64,000 nt of DNA from Tubiluchus corallicola (taxonomy: Eukaryota > Animalia > Priapulida). The notes under the pieces were generated by a model. It was given only the letters and a program-made list of their open reading frames with translations. It did not search any database and was not told where the DNA came from. Positions 47,686-60,430 of this stretch are shown here, piece by piece; positions within the stretch are counted from its first letter, which is position 1, and every line of letters starts with the position of its first letter. The position numbers and the translations under genes were made by a program. The stretch lies in contig JAQGDQ010000332.1 in assembly GCA_030141605.1 (NCBI GenBank), positions 62,001 through 126,000 on the forward strand. Direction: 5' to 3'.

Positions 47686-48974
47686 ACTTACTTAACGTTC
47701 GAAGATATTTATCGAACGGGATAAATCGAGAAATCTACTAATTTATTGTTTCCGAATTTTGTAAAAGGCAGATTGACTAAAGTAATTATACGTGTGTTTC
47801 GCAACTAACGTCTTTTTAGGGCCAGTGTGTGGCGGCAGTAAATGGCGCTTACGGCGAAATCGTAAGCAATTTTATGGTGTGTTGAACATAACATTCACCG
47901 TGTCGTGGAACAATGCGAAGCAACCAATCAGCATTTTCCAAGCGGCTGCCAGCTGCCTGCATCCTCAGTTGCTCTGTGATTGTTGCGTTTATGCTTTTAT
48001 GGGTAAGTTAAAGCCACAGTAGTAAAATCACACTGAAGTAGAACTTGAACAGTATTAAAGAAATTTAAAGTAAAATCACATTTGAGCAAAATTATTAGCG
48101 CCAAACTACTGTAATAAATTGATTGCTTAGCGCAGCGTGAAGCTAATATGTTTGACACCTCGCCACAATGGAGGTAGCCTGTTCGGAAGATGACTAGCCC
48201 TGATCGTTGTTAATTAGGTGTTACGTATTTTCTCATAATAGCGAACAATAGGGCTTGGCTGTGGTTTTACCAAAAACTGTCTTAATCTAAAATCCATATT
48301 TGTCATAGAGTTTCTTGCCTTCAAAACAAACAGCTAGAGCTTCGTTCCCTGCAGCAGTCAGTAGATGCTGACGCACTCAATAGGAGAACAGCCCCAAAAA
48401 ATCCTATTGCGGAGATATAAAATATTCCACAGCACAAAGTAATAATGGGGAAGAATAAAATCAAAAAGCTTCAAGACAAATTATTGAACGTTATTAAACG
48501 TACACATAGCCATGCATCCGTACGTGACCACTAAATTTATAATATAAACTACAGCTCAAATTTAGAAAACATTTGACGTCCAACTTTGTTCGCAGCCTGT
48601 CGTTAACCAGAAAAATTTTCCAAAAAATGTGTTAACTTGTGTATAATATTTTCCAACCCAGAAATAAGATGGTACCTTACTTTAAACAATTTGACTGCTG
48701 CTAAAAATTCTTTCCTTTCTCTAGTACCATAATCCGTCCTGTTCGCTTGTCGAGATTTTCATAAGTGTAAAATAAGCCTTTCCAATTTTATTTCAGTGAC
48801 TCAGTGCCAACATCAGGGGAGTTTAGATTTTGTGGTAGATAATACAGTATGTCAAAACTCTGGCACAATCGGTGTATAAAAATGATATCTATAGGTAATA
48901 CCTTACTGCAGTACAATATTCAATATTTAAAAAAAGAAACTACAAACGTTCCAAACATCTAAAATATCTAAAAA

Positions 48975-50003
48975 TTATGACAAAAAGCTAACTTTAGGCT
49001 CACCGTGACACACTTCTTCCACCTGTTCACCTAACGTATCTATCTCTGTATTAATTTCACTAAAACTCATTGCAGCAGAATTCATTGCTTCCATTACAGT
49101 AGACTCCACGTCAGTTAAATCGGCTTGAACATGAGCAATGGTGCCCAGGCGTGATTTGATAGTTTGCAGCTTTTCAGCGCGATCAGACAATTTGCTGTGC
49201 AACTTTTGGATGTCTTTCGAAATTCCTTTGGTTTCCGTGTTCAAGGTCGCCAAGGAAGTAGTCATATCGTTGGCCTTTCCAATGTCACTTGCTAGTTTCA
49301 TCTGCAACTGATCGACTGCCATCTCCGTTGCATCCATGGCCGTAGCCGCAGTAATTAGAATCGATCTAGCAGAGTCAATGTTCATTGCTGCAGTACCAGT
49401 GCTTGCAGCAACGCTGGTGATTGCAGCAGGCAAAGGAGTTACTTCGTCTATAAGAATACCAGTTTTCGTGTCTAGATCCATAGCCTTTGCGCCAAGCTGA
49501 GCTGCTCCAGCAACCAGTGATTGAGTAGTGAAATCGAGTTTACTCAGTGTTGCACTCACACTTTTCATTTGGCTATCAACTTCGTTCAACCTGCTAATTA
49601 AACCGTCAAGTTTGGTGTGTATTTCATCTAGCACAGGTATTATAGCATTTAATTGCGGTATAGTTGCCTCAACTATTTCGTCAACAATGCTTTGAAAATC
49701 TGAAACAATCGAATCTAGGTCCGTATTCGCAATTTGATCCCCGAAATTTGTAAGAACATCAATAGAGCTGTCTAAACTGTTGACATCGATTGAAATATCA
49801 TTCGTAATGGATAGTACAGTTGTTATAGTAGAAACTGTACCCGTCAAGCTTTTCTTCACCACGTGAAACCATTTGTCCACGCTCCCCAGCCCTTTTGAAA
49901 TACTGGCCACTGTCGAGGACGTTGAACTTCCGGAAAACCCCTGAACATATTGAACTGTTGTCACAGTGAACAACACCACGGGAAAATACTTTGTTAGCTT
50001 CAT
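48975..50003 (-). CDS. Secreted coiled-coil protein, paralogue A (342 aa), unknown family
   Basis: Uninterrupted ORF. The signal-peptide-like MKLTKYFPVVLFTVTTVQYVQG starts at the ATG at 50003 (the ORF track starts 18 codons earlier). Heptad hydrophobic pattern, EIHTKLD and DIQKLHSKL motifs, single Cys near the C-terminus. Confidence 0.85.
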   Translation of the reverse strand: MKLTKYFPVVLFTVTTVQYVQGFSGSSTSSTVASISKGLGSVDKWFHVVKKSLTGTVSTITTVLSITNDISIDVNSLDSSIDVLTNFGDQIANTDLDSIVSDFQSIVDEIVEATIPQLNAIIPVLDEIHTKLDGLISRLNEVDSQMKSVSATLSKLDFTTQSLVAGAAQLGAKAMDLDTKTGILIDEVTPLPAAITSVAASTGTAAMNIDSARSILITAATAMDATEMAVDQLQMKLASDIGKANDMTTSLATLNTETKGISKDIQKLHSKLSDRAEKLQTIKSRLGTIAHVQADLTDVESTVMEAMNSAAMSFSEINTEIDTLGEQVEEVCHGEPKVSFLS

Positions 50004-51654
50004 CTGAAAAATGAGACTTCGAGCAACTAGCGGTTTTGAAATTCTGGTGGACCGCATATTTGTTGTGTGGTGACCTGCGCGTGTTTCTAAAAGTTAATAA
50101 TTCATGATTGCTTTTTCTGTGCCATCAGGTCACGACTAGCATTAATTAATACATTCATTTTAATGTACAAGTTGTAAGCCTATGAAATGTCACTCTGTGT
50201 TAGGTCTATTATTTAACACACTACAGTACATTAAATTTGATTTTAATAAATCTTGTTATACTAACCTTATTTTCGCGGCAAATAACTCGTGTCGATTATT
50301 ACATTTCTTTTTCGTTGCCATTTTATGTTACATAAGTTCTTTGGGTGGAAAACGAAACAAATTTTAGCTAATTTCGCACGCCCCTTAAGGATAATTTATT
50401 ACCAATAATTACTCAAAATTATCAGTAAAACAAATTTATATAGTATATATAGTATGAATTACAGATAAACATATACAAACGATCAATATAATGTAACATA
50501 CTATGTCAATCTATTTCTGACAATTGTTAGCAAATTTACTGATTCCCAAAAATTGCAATAGGCATGGCAAGGTAGCAAGCCGACAAAGGCAATATCTGTT
50601 AAATATCATTGCATATCGACCAGTAATTAATGCAGGCGAAGCATGCAGTTAAATGTATAAACAATCTGGGGCAATCTGACTGATGTAGTTGCACAATACA
50701 CTTTTCTTCTTTTCATTTTTTCCTCTTCTTCCTCTTTCTCCTCCCGACTCTCTCCTTCCACCTCTTTCCCCCTCCTTCTTCTTCTGCTTTTACTATTTCT
50801 CTTTCTTTTTGTCTTTATCTTGTTTTCATCATTAGCACCAGTATGTTTTTCTTCTTTTCTCAAAACCTACTTGTTTCTTTGTTTCGTTTCCTGTTCTCTT
50901 CTACGTTTTTCTGGCACAAGAGAACACTCTTCATCAATAAAGCTTAAAATTCGTCTTCGGATTTTATATCGCTTATACATGCTGTCGTATTGCACACAGT
51001 ATTTGTGTTAGCAGTAACGATATATATAAGTTTAGCTTGCGATAAATCGGAAATAACGATTTTAACGGAAAGTCGTTTGAAACAAGTTTAGACAGCATTG
51101 CATAAAGTTTGAAAAAACAGAGCATTCGTAGCCACTATTGGGTAGCTAAGGAAAAGCTAAAGTTACTTTGTAGTACACTGAAATTTCAATCTTTTTTTGG
51201 TGAATCAGTGGTTCTCACTGGGATGGCGAGGCAGTGCCGTTTTACCAAGTGGGGCGAACATTTTTAATTATTAGTAATTTTCTTTTCTAATTGCATCGAA
51301 TTTTCAAACAGGCATGCGTAATGCTAAGTAATATAACTTTGTATTGAAAGTTCTTTGCGATATACTTTAAAATTTCCTTTTCTTCCTTTGTGTGTTTGTT
51401 GCTTGAATAGTTAATGCGCTATTACGTGCTACTAGAAAACTTAGAACAACCAATGAGCTTAAAACTTATTTAAGAATCTAGAGATTACAGCTATGTTATA
51501 ATTGAAATAGTATAGCTTACATATATTGCAGCTATGTTAAATTGATTTTTTTAACTGCAGGGCTTTTACGAAATAGCTTTGTGATTACTAGTTAAACCGC
51601 CTTTTCTTTATTCCAGTAGTGACGTCTTCGCTACACAGCTGCGACAGTCACTGT

Positions 51655-51965
51655 TGTGGGCGGCTTGCGTCACGCTGTTGCTGACGCCCATGACTATGAT
51701 TCTGCTGCCGTTGACTTCGCTGTTGCTGATGCTGCTGTTCTGATTCTTGATCAGCTCGTCGTCGAGAGTGAGGCCGTCTTTGCTGTTGTAAGTGCCGGCC
51801 TGGATTTTGACCTAATCGCTGCTGCTGCTGCTGCTCTTGTTGTTGTTGTTGTTGTTGTTGTTGTCGATTCTGTTGTTGCTGTTGCTGTTGCTGTTGTCGT
51901 CCCTCTTTACGCAGCTGTTGCTGTTGTCGTCCTTGTTTCCGCGACTGTTGTTGTTGCGACTTGCT
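51655..51965. repeat. Degenerate (GTT/GCT)n trinucleotide low-complexity tract
   Basis: Directly visible. Confidence 0.8.
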
Positions 51966-52977
51966 ATTGCCTCTTGTAAACTTGTTCTCTGTTTTGACAT
52001 TTGCTGACGCAGTTTTAAACACCCGTTCAAACCGAGCATGAAGAGGCGCAGGATAGGGCCTTGAAGTCCCGTATACGTGAAGACTAAAATGACTTTGTGC
52101 ATCTGAAAAAAACGTGAAATGTACACGCCCAAAGACCAATATGCTGCGTTTCCATAGCTAAGTTGTTTATTCCGCAAAAAATCCAAATTTGCTCTAGTCT
52201 GCGAAACTATTACGTACATGAATTAACTACAAATACTGTTTCTACAGAGCTACAGAGCTACGTGCTACAGAGTACAACATCACACTAGAAATAACACTAC
52301 TTTGCACTAGACATTGTTGGTCCAATATTATGTCAAGAAGAGTCAACAATTGTCAGCCAGTTAGCAAGTTAAATTTCAAACACAACACATAGGTGTGCAT
52401 ATTTTGCAAGTTCTGCCTATATGCAATGTAAGAGTGGAAAGGTGACTAGCTCATAGTACACCAGTCTAACATAATGTGGCTTCTAATGCATATACTAGAT
52501 CCATGGGAAGGGTAATGACGCAGAACATTTGTATGTGCAACAAAGGTGTATATTAATTTGCGTTTGAAATACTCGTACTTTTTAGATTATAGCTTATTTT
52601 AAAGTTTTTAAACAATCAAACAGGTTTCTCATTCATCTGCTATCATCTTTCATCTATCACAATTTTCATCTTTATCAGTTTTACTCATTTTTTTCTCTCA
52701 CTAATTCTTTCTTCACTTTTTTGAAACACCCATAACCACATTCATCACATTCATCCCCTGCAGTTATTTCCTCTATATTTTTGTTCCGCTCAACTATTTA
52801 CCTTTTGTTGGACTTTTAATTCAAATATATGCAGTTGTGCTGAATTTAATCTATCTAAGTATTCATGTATTCCTTCAGTTACGCTTTTGTGATAATTTCT
52901 TGCACTTATAACTCTAGTCATCACAAATTTTGTTATTTTGGCACCTTAGCAATATTTTGAATAACGCTTTGTTAAAT

Positions 52978-54775
52978 CACGGTGGCTTGTTAGGGATAAT
53001 TAAATAATAATAAAAATAAAAAAATAATTTATTAACTCGAAATTCAGGCTTAAGACCTCGAAATTTCGACTTAGTATCTTGAAATTCCGACTTAGTATTT
53101 TGAAATTTCGGTTTATTAGCTTTGCACTGATTTTTTGCTTGCTTTTTGTTTTGTTTTGCCTTGAGCTTATTTATGATTTTCGTTCGACTTTTGTTTTGCA
53201 TTTGGATTGTTAGATATAGGATATTTACGCTTTGATATTTTTTTATTTGCTTTTTCATTTGCGTCTATCAAAAAATTCTGTTGTTAAAAAAGAAGCAGCT
53301 TAGTTAGTGACCTATTGGTCTTTCGCTGTTCCTACATAATTATTATTGAAATATTCTACTTTTATAATATTATAATGTGAATCGAATGTTGAGGAAATAA
53401 AATCTCTTGAATTGAATTTCGACTTATAATCTCGAAATGTCGACATAGGATTCCATACAAGTGCAGTTCTCATGGTGGTCTCGCATAGATATCCGTTTCA
53501 ACGATTCTAATCAAGATGTTCCCATTGTTCACACGTGTGGGTGGGTGCTAGAAATTCTCATTTCGTTTACAAGGGTGAATATATTGAATGACAATCTACA
53601 TTTATGCAAGTTTTGCAAGACCGCTACTGAGAGATGAACATCATATGATAATTTTGACTCTAGCCTACGTTGTATTTTAACTAATTTAACTGTGTAAAGA
53701 AAATTAGTTTTCTTTAAAAAATATGTTGTTCTTTTTAATTTTTTAAAAATTCCTGTTTATTGCTACGAACCTTTTGTTGGCAAACGGGCTTAATGATTTT
53801 TAAATTTAATTGCTTAAAGAAGCTGATATGCGAACTTTGCGCCACCTGTTGACGTCACCGTTTTGTGCTAGACATATATGAGATTATGGACGCTTTTGGG
53901 TCATTTTTGGTTGTGCCGAATATTTTAGTGCCAAAACTGGTGACCAAATGTCCTGTCCCGTGAACTTCTTCAGTGTTGATTTGAATTATTTCCTCAATGT
54001 TGAACCACTAGGTGAACATTTGTAAAATTTGTTTAAGTGTTAATTCATTTTGCTCCTTCTTATCTTTTAATTTAATTTAATTGTGCAACTTGGTCGAAAT
54101 TCACTGAGATTAAGAATTATATTTATTTCTTGGATAAATATTCGTCAGTTTGGACAAAAATGGCTTTCAAGGCTTTGTACAAGGTTGTATATTATAGTCT
54201 CATATTCCTATATGTACTGTAATTTGCGTTTCAGTTAATGTTGTGAACTTTGAATATGACAGCCAGCAACAAGTCCGTGTTTTATAAAAAAACGTGGCGA
54301 AACTATGCTTTATTTTACGTTTTTCTACTTGCTATTATAATAAAATAATTAAGATACTGTAACATCTGTCAGTTACAAGTCTCAATTTGCGAAGAATTCG
54401 CTTCACACGTCTTTCACTCACACAGATATTGTCCAAAAATAACAGTCAGTACTGCAGTTATTTCTGTGTTTGTAAAACCAAGAGTGAAATACAATTAAAT
54501 TGCGTTATCTCGATTCATTGATCACGAAAAAGGCAAACGATAAGCACTTGGTGAGTAGGCCTACAACTGTGTAAGTCTTTAACCTAAGTCGAAATTTCGA
54601 GATACTAAGTCGAAATTTCGAGTTACTAAATCGAAATTTCGCGACACTGTGTCAAAATTTCGAGTTACTAAGTCGAAGTGTCGACATACTAAGCCGAAAT
54701 TTCGACATACGAAGTCGAAATTTTGAGTTAATACATTTATTTTTATTTTTACTAAGTCCCTAACAAGCCACCATA
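52978..54775. mobile_element. 1.8-kb foldback-like non-autonomous DNA transposon with 21-bp subterminal tandem arrays
   Basis: Ends GGTGGCTTGTTAGGGA / TCCCTAACAAGCCACC are perfect inverted repeats. Each is followed by an A/T tract and inverted arrays of a 21-bp unit (TAAGTCGAAATTTCGAGTTAC; ~7 copies at 54585-54730, ~4 at 53036-53120). Confidence 0.8.
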
Positions 54776-55902
54776 CTAAATGCATCCTTCAAGTAACATA
54801 ATTTTAATATCCAAAGTTGTCTAAAAACTTGCATAATTGATAGACTTCACTGTCCCTCCAAACTGATTTTATTTTCAGTGCTCTGCAAGTTTGTTTCAAA
54901 CTATTGCTTCCTTTTTCGTTTCCAGCTCCCATTATTTCGCTCATCGGTCTCCATCCTTGATTTTTTCCTGATTCACATCTAGCGTGACAATTCCATATTT
55001 TCTGTTTCATTTTCGCCACCGAAATAACTCAATGACAGAGCCCGCTCATTCTGTCCGGAACGTTATTTCTTTACTTTGGTAGTTCTTTGATTATAGGTGT
55101 ACTGATTTCTCCAAGTATTTACCCAGGGCTGGATTACGGGTTACACGGATCTAAGGTTATCAACAAATGAAGGACCTCAAGTCCCACACTGTAAAAGAGG
55201 GGCACATCTTCGTGTATCCCGAGTTCTCCTCCTTCTAAAGAGTTTATAAGTTTCTTTCAAGATCACAATCAAGTGTCAGTAAAACGTTTTATCTACAACG
55301 GCGGGTGAAAAATCTTCAACAATAGTTATGATTTACTCATTCAAGGAACATCATGTACGAGTAGAAAAAAACATCCAAGCGGCCGTTTCATTTACAGTAC
55401 TGCGTTATGAAAGCCAATTTACATTCAATGACAACACTTTCTGATTCCAAAGAAAGCATTTAGAAACTTTAAAAAACTCGAAAAAGCCCTTGCCTTCACT
55501 TGAATTGCAGAACCTTCATTTCAACGTGTGTAAGCTTAGCTACTTAGAATACTGAAATAAAAACCCGAATTCGAATCCGAGCATTGATCAAAGAAATTTT
55601 CAGGGTTTTTTTTGACAGATCTGATCACCCCAAGAACTCTGTGTAAAGCAAACTATGTTTAAGATAAAAGTCAATGGTTTAAATCTATACCCCTTTTTAA
55701 TTTATGCACATTTTTTTCTTTCAATCAGATTTGGTTTCTAAAATGCGAGAGTTATTCTATTATTCGTTATACGTTATTTCAGTTTTAAAATGTTTTCTAT
55801 AATGTTATAGGTGACAATAATTATTTTAGAGTAGCTTTATGCTCATACGTTTTTAGAATACAATTATATAAGATTATTGTGGTAATAATGTGCATGACAA
55901 CG

Positions 55903-56895
55903 TTACTCACCGCCACAAAGTGCTGCAAAAGCTCCATCCAACTTCGTTTCTATATTTGCAAAATACGACTGTGTAAAGTGCACAGTAGCATCTGTATTAC
56001 GTTCAATGTCATTAACATCTTTAATTAGCTGACCAACAACAGTTACAACAACGAAAATGTCATTAAGTTTATCATCTCGAATTGCAGCTTTCTCGTGCAA
56101 CTTTCGCAAGTCATTTGCGACGGAACCATAAACGTTTTGCAGTGAAGCAACTGCATTTGTTAGCCTATTACTCAGGCTCACTTGGCTACCAGTGTCCGTT
56201 TGGATGCTGTTAAACAGAGGTTCCAGGCCGGACACGGTTGTGAAAGTATCACTAGCCGTCGACAGTAAGTTCACACTACTTTCAGCTATTTTCTCTGACA
56301 GTGACATTGTAGCTACTAACTGAGTAGAAAGTCCACCAACTTCCAGTAGAACCGTGTCAATTTTTTCGTGTGTTTTCTCAAGCTTACTGGCTGTTACAGG
56401 GACGCTTCCCAATAGTGAAATCAGGCCGCGGTTAATTTTAGCCACCGTATTACTCACAACCATTAAATCAGCATAAAAACTGGAAGCCAAGGCGGACTGC
56501 TGGTCAAATTTTTCGTGGATTTTAAAAAAGTCAGCTAGTATTAAGTCCAGTTCATTTAGACTTTCACGAATACGCGTATTTATAGTGCCTACGTCATCCT
56601 GCAATGTTTTAACACTGGCGTCCGTGCTACCAAGTTTGGTATTTATTGTAGCAACTTGGAATAACAAATTTTCTATATCATTCTTAGCATCCACGGCACT
56701 GTACTTCACTGTTTCCACATTATTCTTAATGGCAAGCACATCTTCGACGATATTGTTTAGCAATTTTTCAATATAGTTTGCAGTTGACTTAGTCGACGCT
56801 AACTGCACAGAAGCATACTCAACTTGAGCTCGACAAGCACGTAACGAAATTAGCATAAAAAACAATACTGTTAAGGAAACATTTACAGGCTTCAT
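55903..56895 (-). CDS. Secreted coiled-coil protein, paralogue B (330 aa), unknown family
   Basis: Uninterrupted ORF; signal-peptide-like MKPVNVSLTVLFFMLISLRACRA; heptad pattern; KIHEKFD, KTHEKID and DLRKLHEK motifs; single mature-chain Cys in LCGGE*. Confidence 0.88.
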   Translation of the reverse strand: MKPVNVSLTVLFFMLISLRACRAQVEYASVQLASTKSTANYIEKLLNNIVEDVLAIKNNVETVKYSAVDAKNDIENLLFQVATINTKLGSTDASVKTLQDDVGTINTRIRESLNELDLILADFFKIHEKFDQQSALASSFYADLMVVSNTVAKINRGLISLLGSVPVTASKLEKTHEKIDTVLLEVGGLSTQLVATMSLSEKIAESSVNLLSTASDTFTTVSGLEPLFNSIQTDTGSQVSLSNRLTNAVASLQNVYGSVANDLRKLHEKAAIRDDKLNDIFVVVTVVGQLIKDVNDIERNTDATVHFTQSYFANIETKLDGAFAALCGGE

Positions 56896-59085
56896 TTTAA
56901 AATTTATATACGCGAAGAAACTGTCTTTCTTTCCCTCGCTTTACAAAACAACCAGCTAAATTAGCAAAACAGTACAACGCTTGAGCCAGAGCATGGCATA
57001 ACTCTTCCGTGTTTGACTGATAAATAATTCATGACGTTACATGCCACTTTTCGCAAGAAAAACTCTGTTGTCACTACAACTCTAAGTTACTAGACATTAT
57101 AATGGTGTTAAGCATCATTACAAATCTATAGGCCAGTGTACAGTCTTTCATTATTGAAATAGTTACAGCCATAGATCTGTGTAGCTACAAAGTCTTCGTG
57201 GCTTTAATAAAATGATATTTGGACGATGACATGGAAGTAAGCAGCTTTACAGAACTTTTAGTCTCATGTTTATATAGCTTTCTATGTCATTATGATATTG
57301 TTTAGAAGTGGACAGTTTGACGTCGGAATTTAAATTTTTTGGCTTGTTTATCGAATGCTTTAGGTTGCGCCAGACGAGGAATTTGATTTTCAGTTAATTC
57401 CAGTTCAGTCATTTGCGTATAGCCAGTCATCCGCATTTATTATCCAGGCGAAAATTTTCAATAAAAGTTATTGGAAAAAACACTGGTTACGCATAAATCA
57501 ACTCTGTAACAAACTAGCTAACCCGATTATTATATTGTTATTTTGTATAGGTTTTATTTTATTTTCGTGTTTACACAATACAGTACAATTTAGGAAAATG
57601 AACGCGTTATATAAATATAGCTTAATAAGACGGAATAAAAATGCAAACATAACAACATTTAGTGAAACAAATGAAACAATGATCCAGCCTAATTTAGTGA
57701 AAGAAATAAGGGCAACGAGAGACCAAAGGTCATTGACCCAGAAGATCTTAAATCGAAATCAAATTTTAAGCAGTTTAAACAATTATCCTTGCCACAATAA
57801 CTTGAGCCAAAAATGAAGCCTAACAATTCTCAAGCAATATTTACTGAATAGAATTTTAATCATTTTAAAACAAGCACGCTTCAGTAACGGGTTATGCCCT
57901 CTTATAAATATCTGTCTTTATACACAGAATATAGGTCGACTATTATGTTTGTTGCCACAAATAAATAAATGCCGGACATTACACGAAGGCATTTAATTCG
58001 TGTAATTCATTAAAAATAAGTAGACACAATCTAGAAATAGGATTTCGCTATAGTATTTAATTGACAAATGTTCTCACGGTGACCTCTTATTGCGCATAGC
58101 ATACAAAATTCGCGTCGTTCTAAATCTGCGGGCATCTTAGTTGAAAATATTGATAATGTCACTTCAGCTTCTATGCTGAGTTTTTATGTAAATCAAAATA
58201 AAAAAAACGTTGACGATGATAATAACGATGAAGTGAAGGCAACTATGATTGATCTTGATGATGATGACGAATATAGAGGTAGTGGTAGTGGTAGTGGTAC
58301 GTGGTGACGGTGGCAGCAGCGATGGTTGTGTTAATGGTGGTTGTTGGTGGCAATGATATATACATATATATATATCATTGAATTGTTTAAATATATAGAG
58401 ATTAAACTGAAAGATGAACTTAAGTTTATTAAAAACTGGCTCCTTGTGAATAAATACGCCTTTATCTCGGGGATCATTAAGGCAATCTTGTATGGCTCGA
58501 AGCATCGACTTAATTTTCGTGTATCGTATATTAGATAAAAAAAGGTACAAAATAAGACCAATTTTACTTGTCTTGTTGCAAATTTAGATCAGTGTCTTTT
58601 ATGGAAGTCCATGACTGTGAGAATATGTATTAGATAAAATTAATTCAAAGTTTAAATTTTTGCACCGTAGGCCCTCATGGTAAATTTTTGAACAAAAATA
58701 CCAAATAAAACTTTTGGTGCAACAATCACTTTGATTATGGCAGCCCAGCTTAATATTCAAGTTTTAGTCAGGTTATATGAAAAAGAAATTTAAAAAACTT
58801 GCTACATTAACTTGTGAGATTCGTCTCAAATTTGACATCTCAAGCACACGTCGCAAATGTAATGATGATAATGTAAAGTTGCAGGAGTCTGGGAAATTTC
58901 TTATTGAGTCTTTTTATCACATCTATATCAGTCTTGTAGTGTTTAATTATTATTTCGTTTTCTTTTGTAAGCGGTATGGGTTTATTTTTAATATCTAATA
59001 AAAGTTTTAAAAAAATTAAATACGATAAATAAATAAATGAATAAAATAAAAGCAACGTGTCCGTAAAGACAATACAATAAGCCGT

Positions 59086-59474
59086 TTCACAGTTTCAGCG
59101 ATGGGTGAAGATCGTGAAAAGGTCAAAGGTTAAATGTATCAGACAACGCATTTGTGTACATTTGACATCGCCTCGCAGTACATAATATTGTAATAGTAAT
59201 AGTTTTAACAGCTAGCTAGAACCTTACCTAGTATATTTTTCTTGTTCTCAAGCAAGATCCTGCTAGTAAATCACTCTATGCACAGATTAATGCATAATTA
59301 TGTAAAGTCCAGGTAAAACAACTTGAGGTTACTGAACTGATGCAGCAGACGCTTTGCACCACACACATGTCACGTGACGGTTGTAGTTAAGACGCGTTGC
59401 TGTGGTACACTTAACCTTTGACCTGCAGCAACTGCGAGTGTGCACAACGAAAATGTGAAAAGGCTTTTTAATCT
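59086..59474 (-). repeat. Interspersed repeat, copy 2 (inverted relative to 46455-46830)
   Basis: Reverse-complement match as above; internal GGTCAAAGGTTAA (59121) / TTAACCTTTGACC (59411). Confidence 0.85.
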
Positions 59475-60430
59475 AATATTTTGTTTTCTTTTCATTTTTG
59501 TGGGCTTGTTGACAATATCTACCATGGAATTTTTATTTTTGGATTTTTCAGTAAAAATTAGTGAATGTTATTATATGGCAAAATGATCATATCATATTTT
59601 ACCCTGTTAAAGTTACATACAAATTGGATAAAAATCCTTGGCACTATAGCTTTCTAAAAAGGGCCTACTTTTTATGTCCATCCAATGATGACCTGAATGA
59701 AAGTTTATTTAATCTAAAAAGATCACATACAGATTGGGTGTCCTCGGTGTAAACATCTTCTATATGCTGATGATACCTGTACGCTAAAATCTACAGGCTT
59801 TCTACATCTACAGACAATCTACATAAAACACTTATGGCCACGTATTTTTGAAAATAGTGCCATACTCTCAACTCAGCAGTGTGCTATATAATGAAGTCTC
59901 TGATGACTTTAATATAAATAAAATGAATCGTTTGCCATGCATTATTGCTAGACCCAATATCTCATTAAATAAATTCTTCTAATATGTGAAATCTATATTT
60001 TCCCATTTATTCTGTAGCAACACACATCAGACATTCAAACAATGCAAAGCAATAATGAAGTTACTAATATAACTTAAGTATTATGCTAATGTTTATTAAA
60101 TGAATTATTTAGGTTCACGTGTATAGCACAATTAAATTATGTCTACTAACTGTGCAGTGGTCTTTATTTTTCATTTTTATTTCAGCTATTTTAATAACAT
60201 GTAATAAAGGGGCATTGGTAGTTCTAAAACTGCAAAAAAACTTGGTACAAGTGCTGCACAATATTTAAACTACTAGCAATTTGTAATATTATGTGTAGTT
60301 CTTTTAATGCAGAATTTAAGCAAGCTCCTTCACCAGTCGAATTAACACTCCAATCAAGTTGTAAAGACAACAAAAGATAGGCTGGTACGCCGAATCATTT
60401 GCATATTCACATTTAGAATCTCTGCGCACT

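Noticed and set aside
51648-52219. Gln-rich and Asn-rich minus ORFs between paralogues A and B
   Set aside because: Trinucleotide low-complexity tract open in several frames; no signal peptide or family motifs
54585-54730. CRISPR-like repeat array
   Set aside because: Contiguous 21-bp units without spacers, eukaryotic context, part of a TIR element
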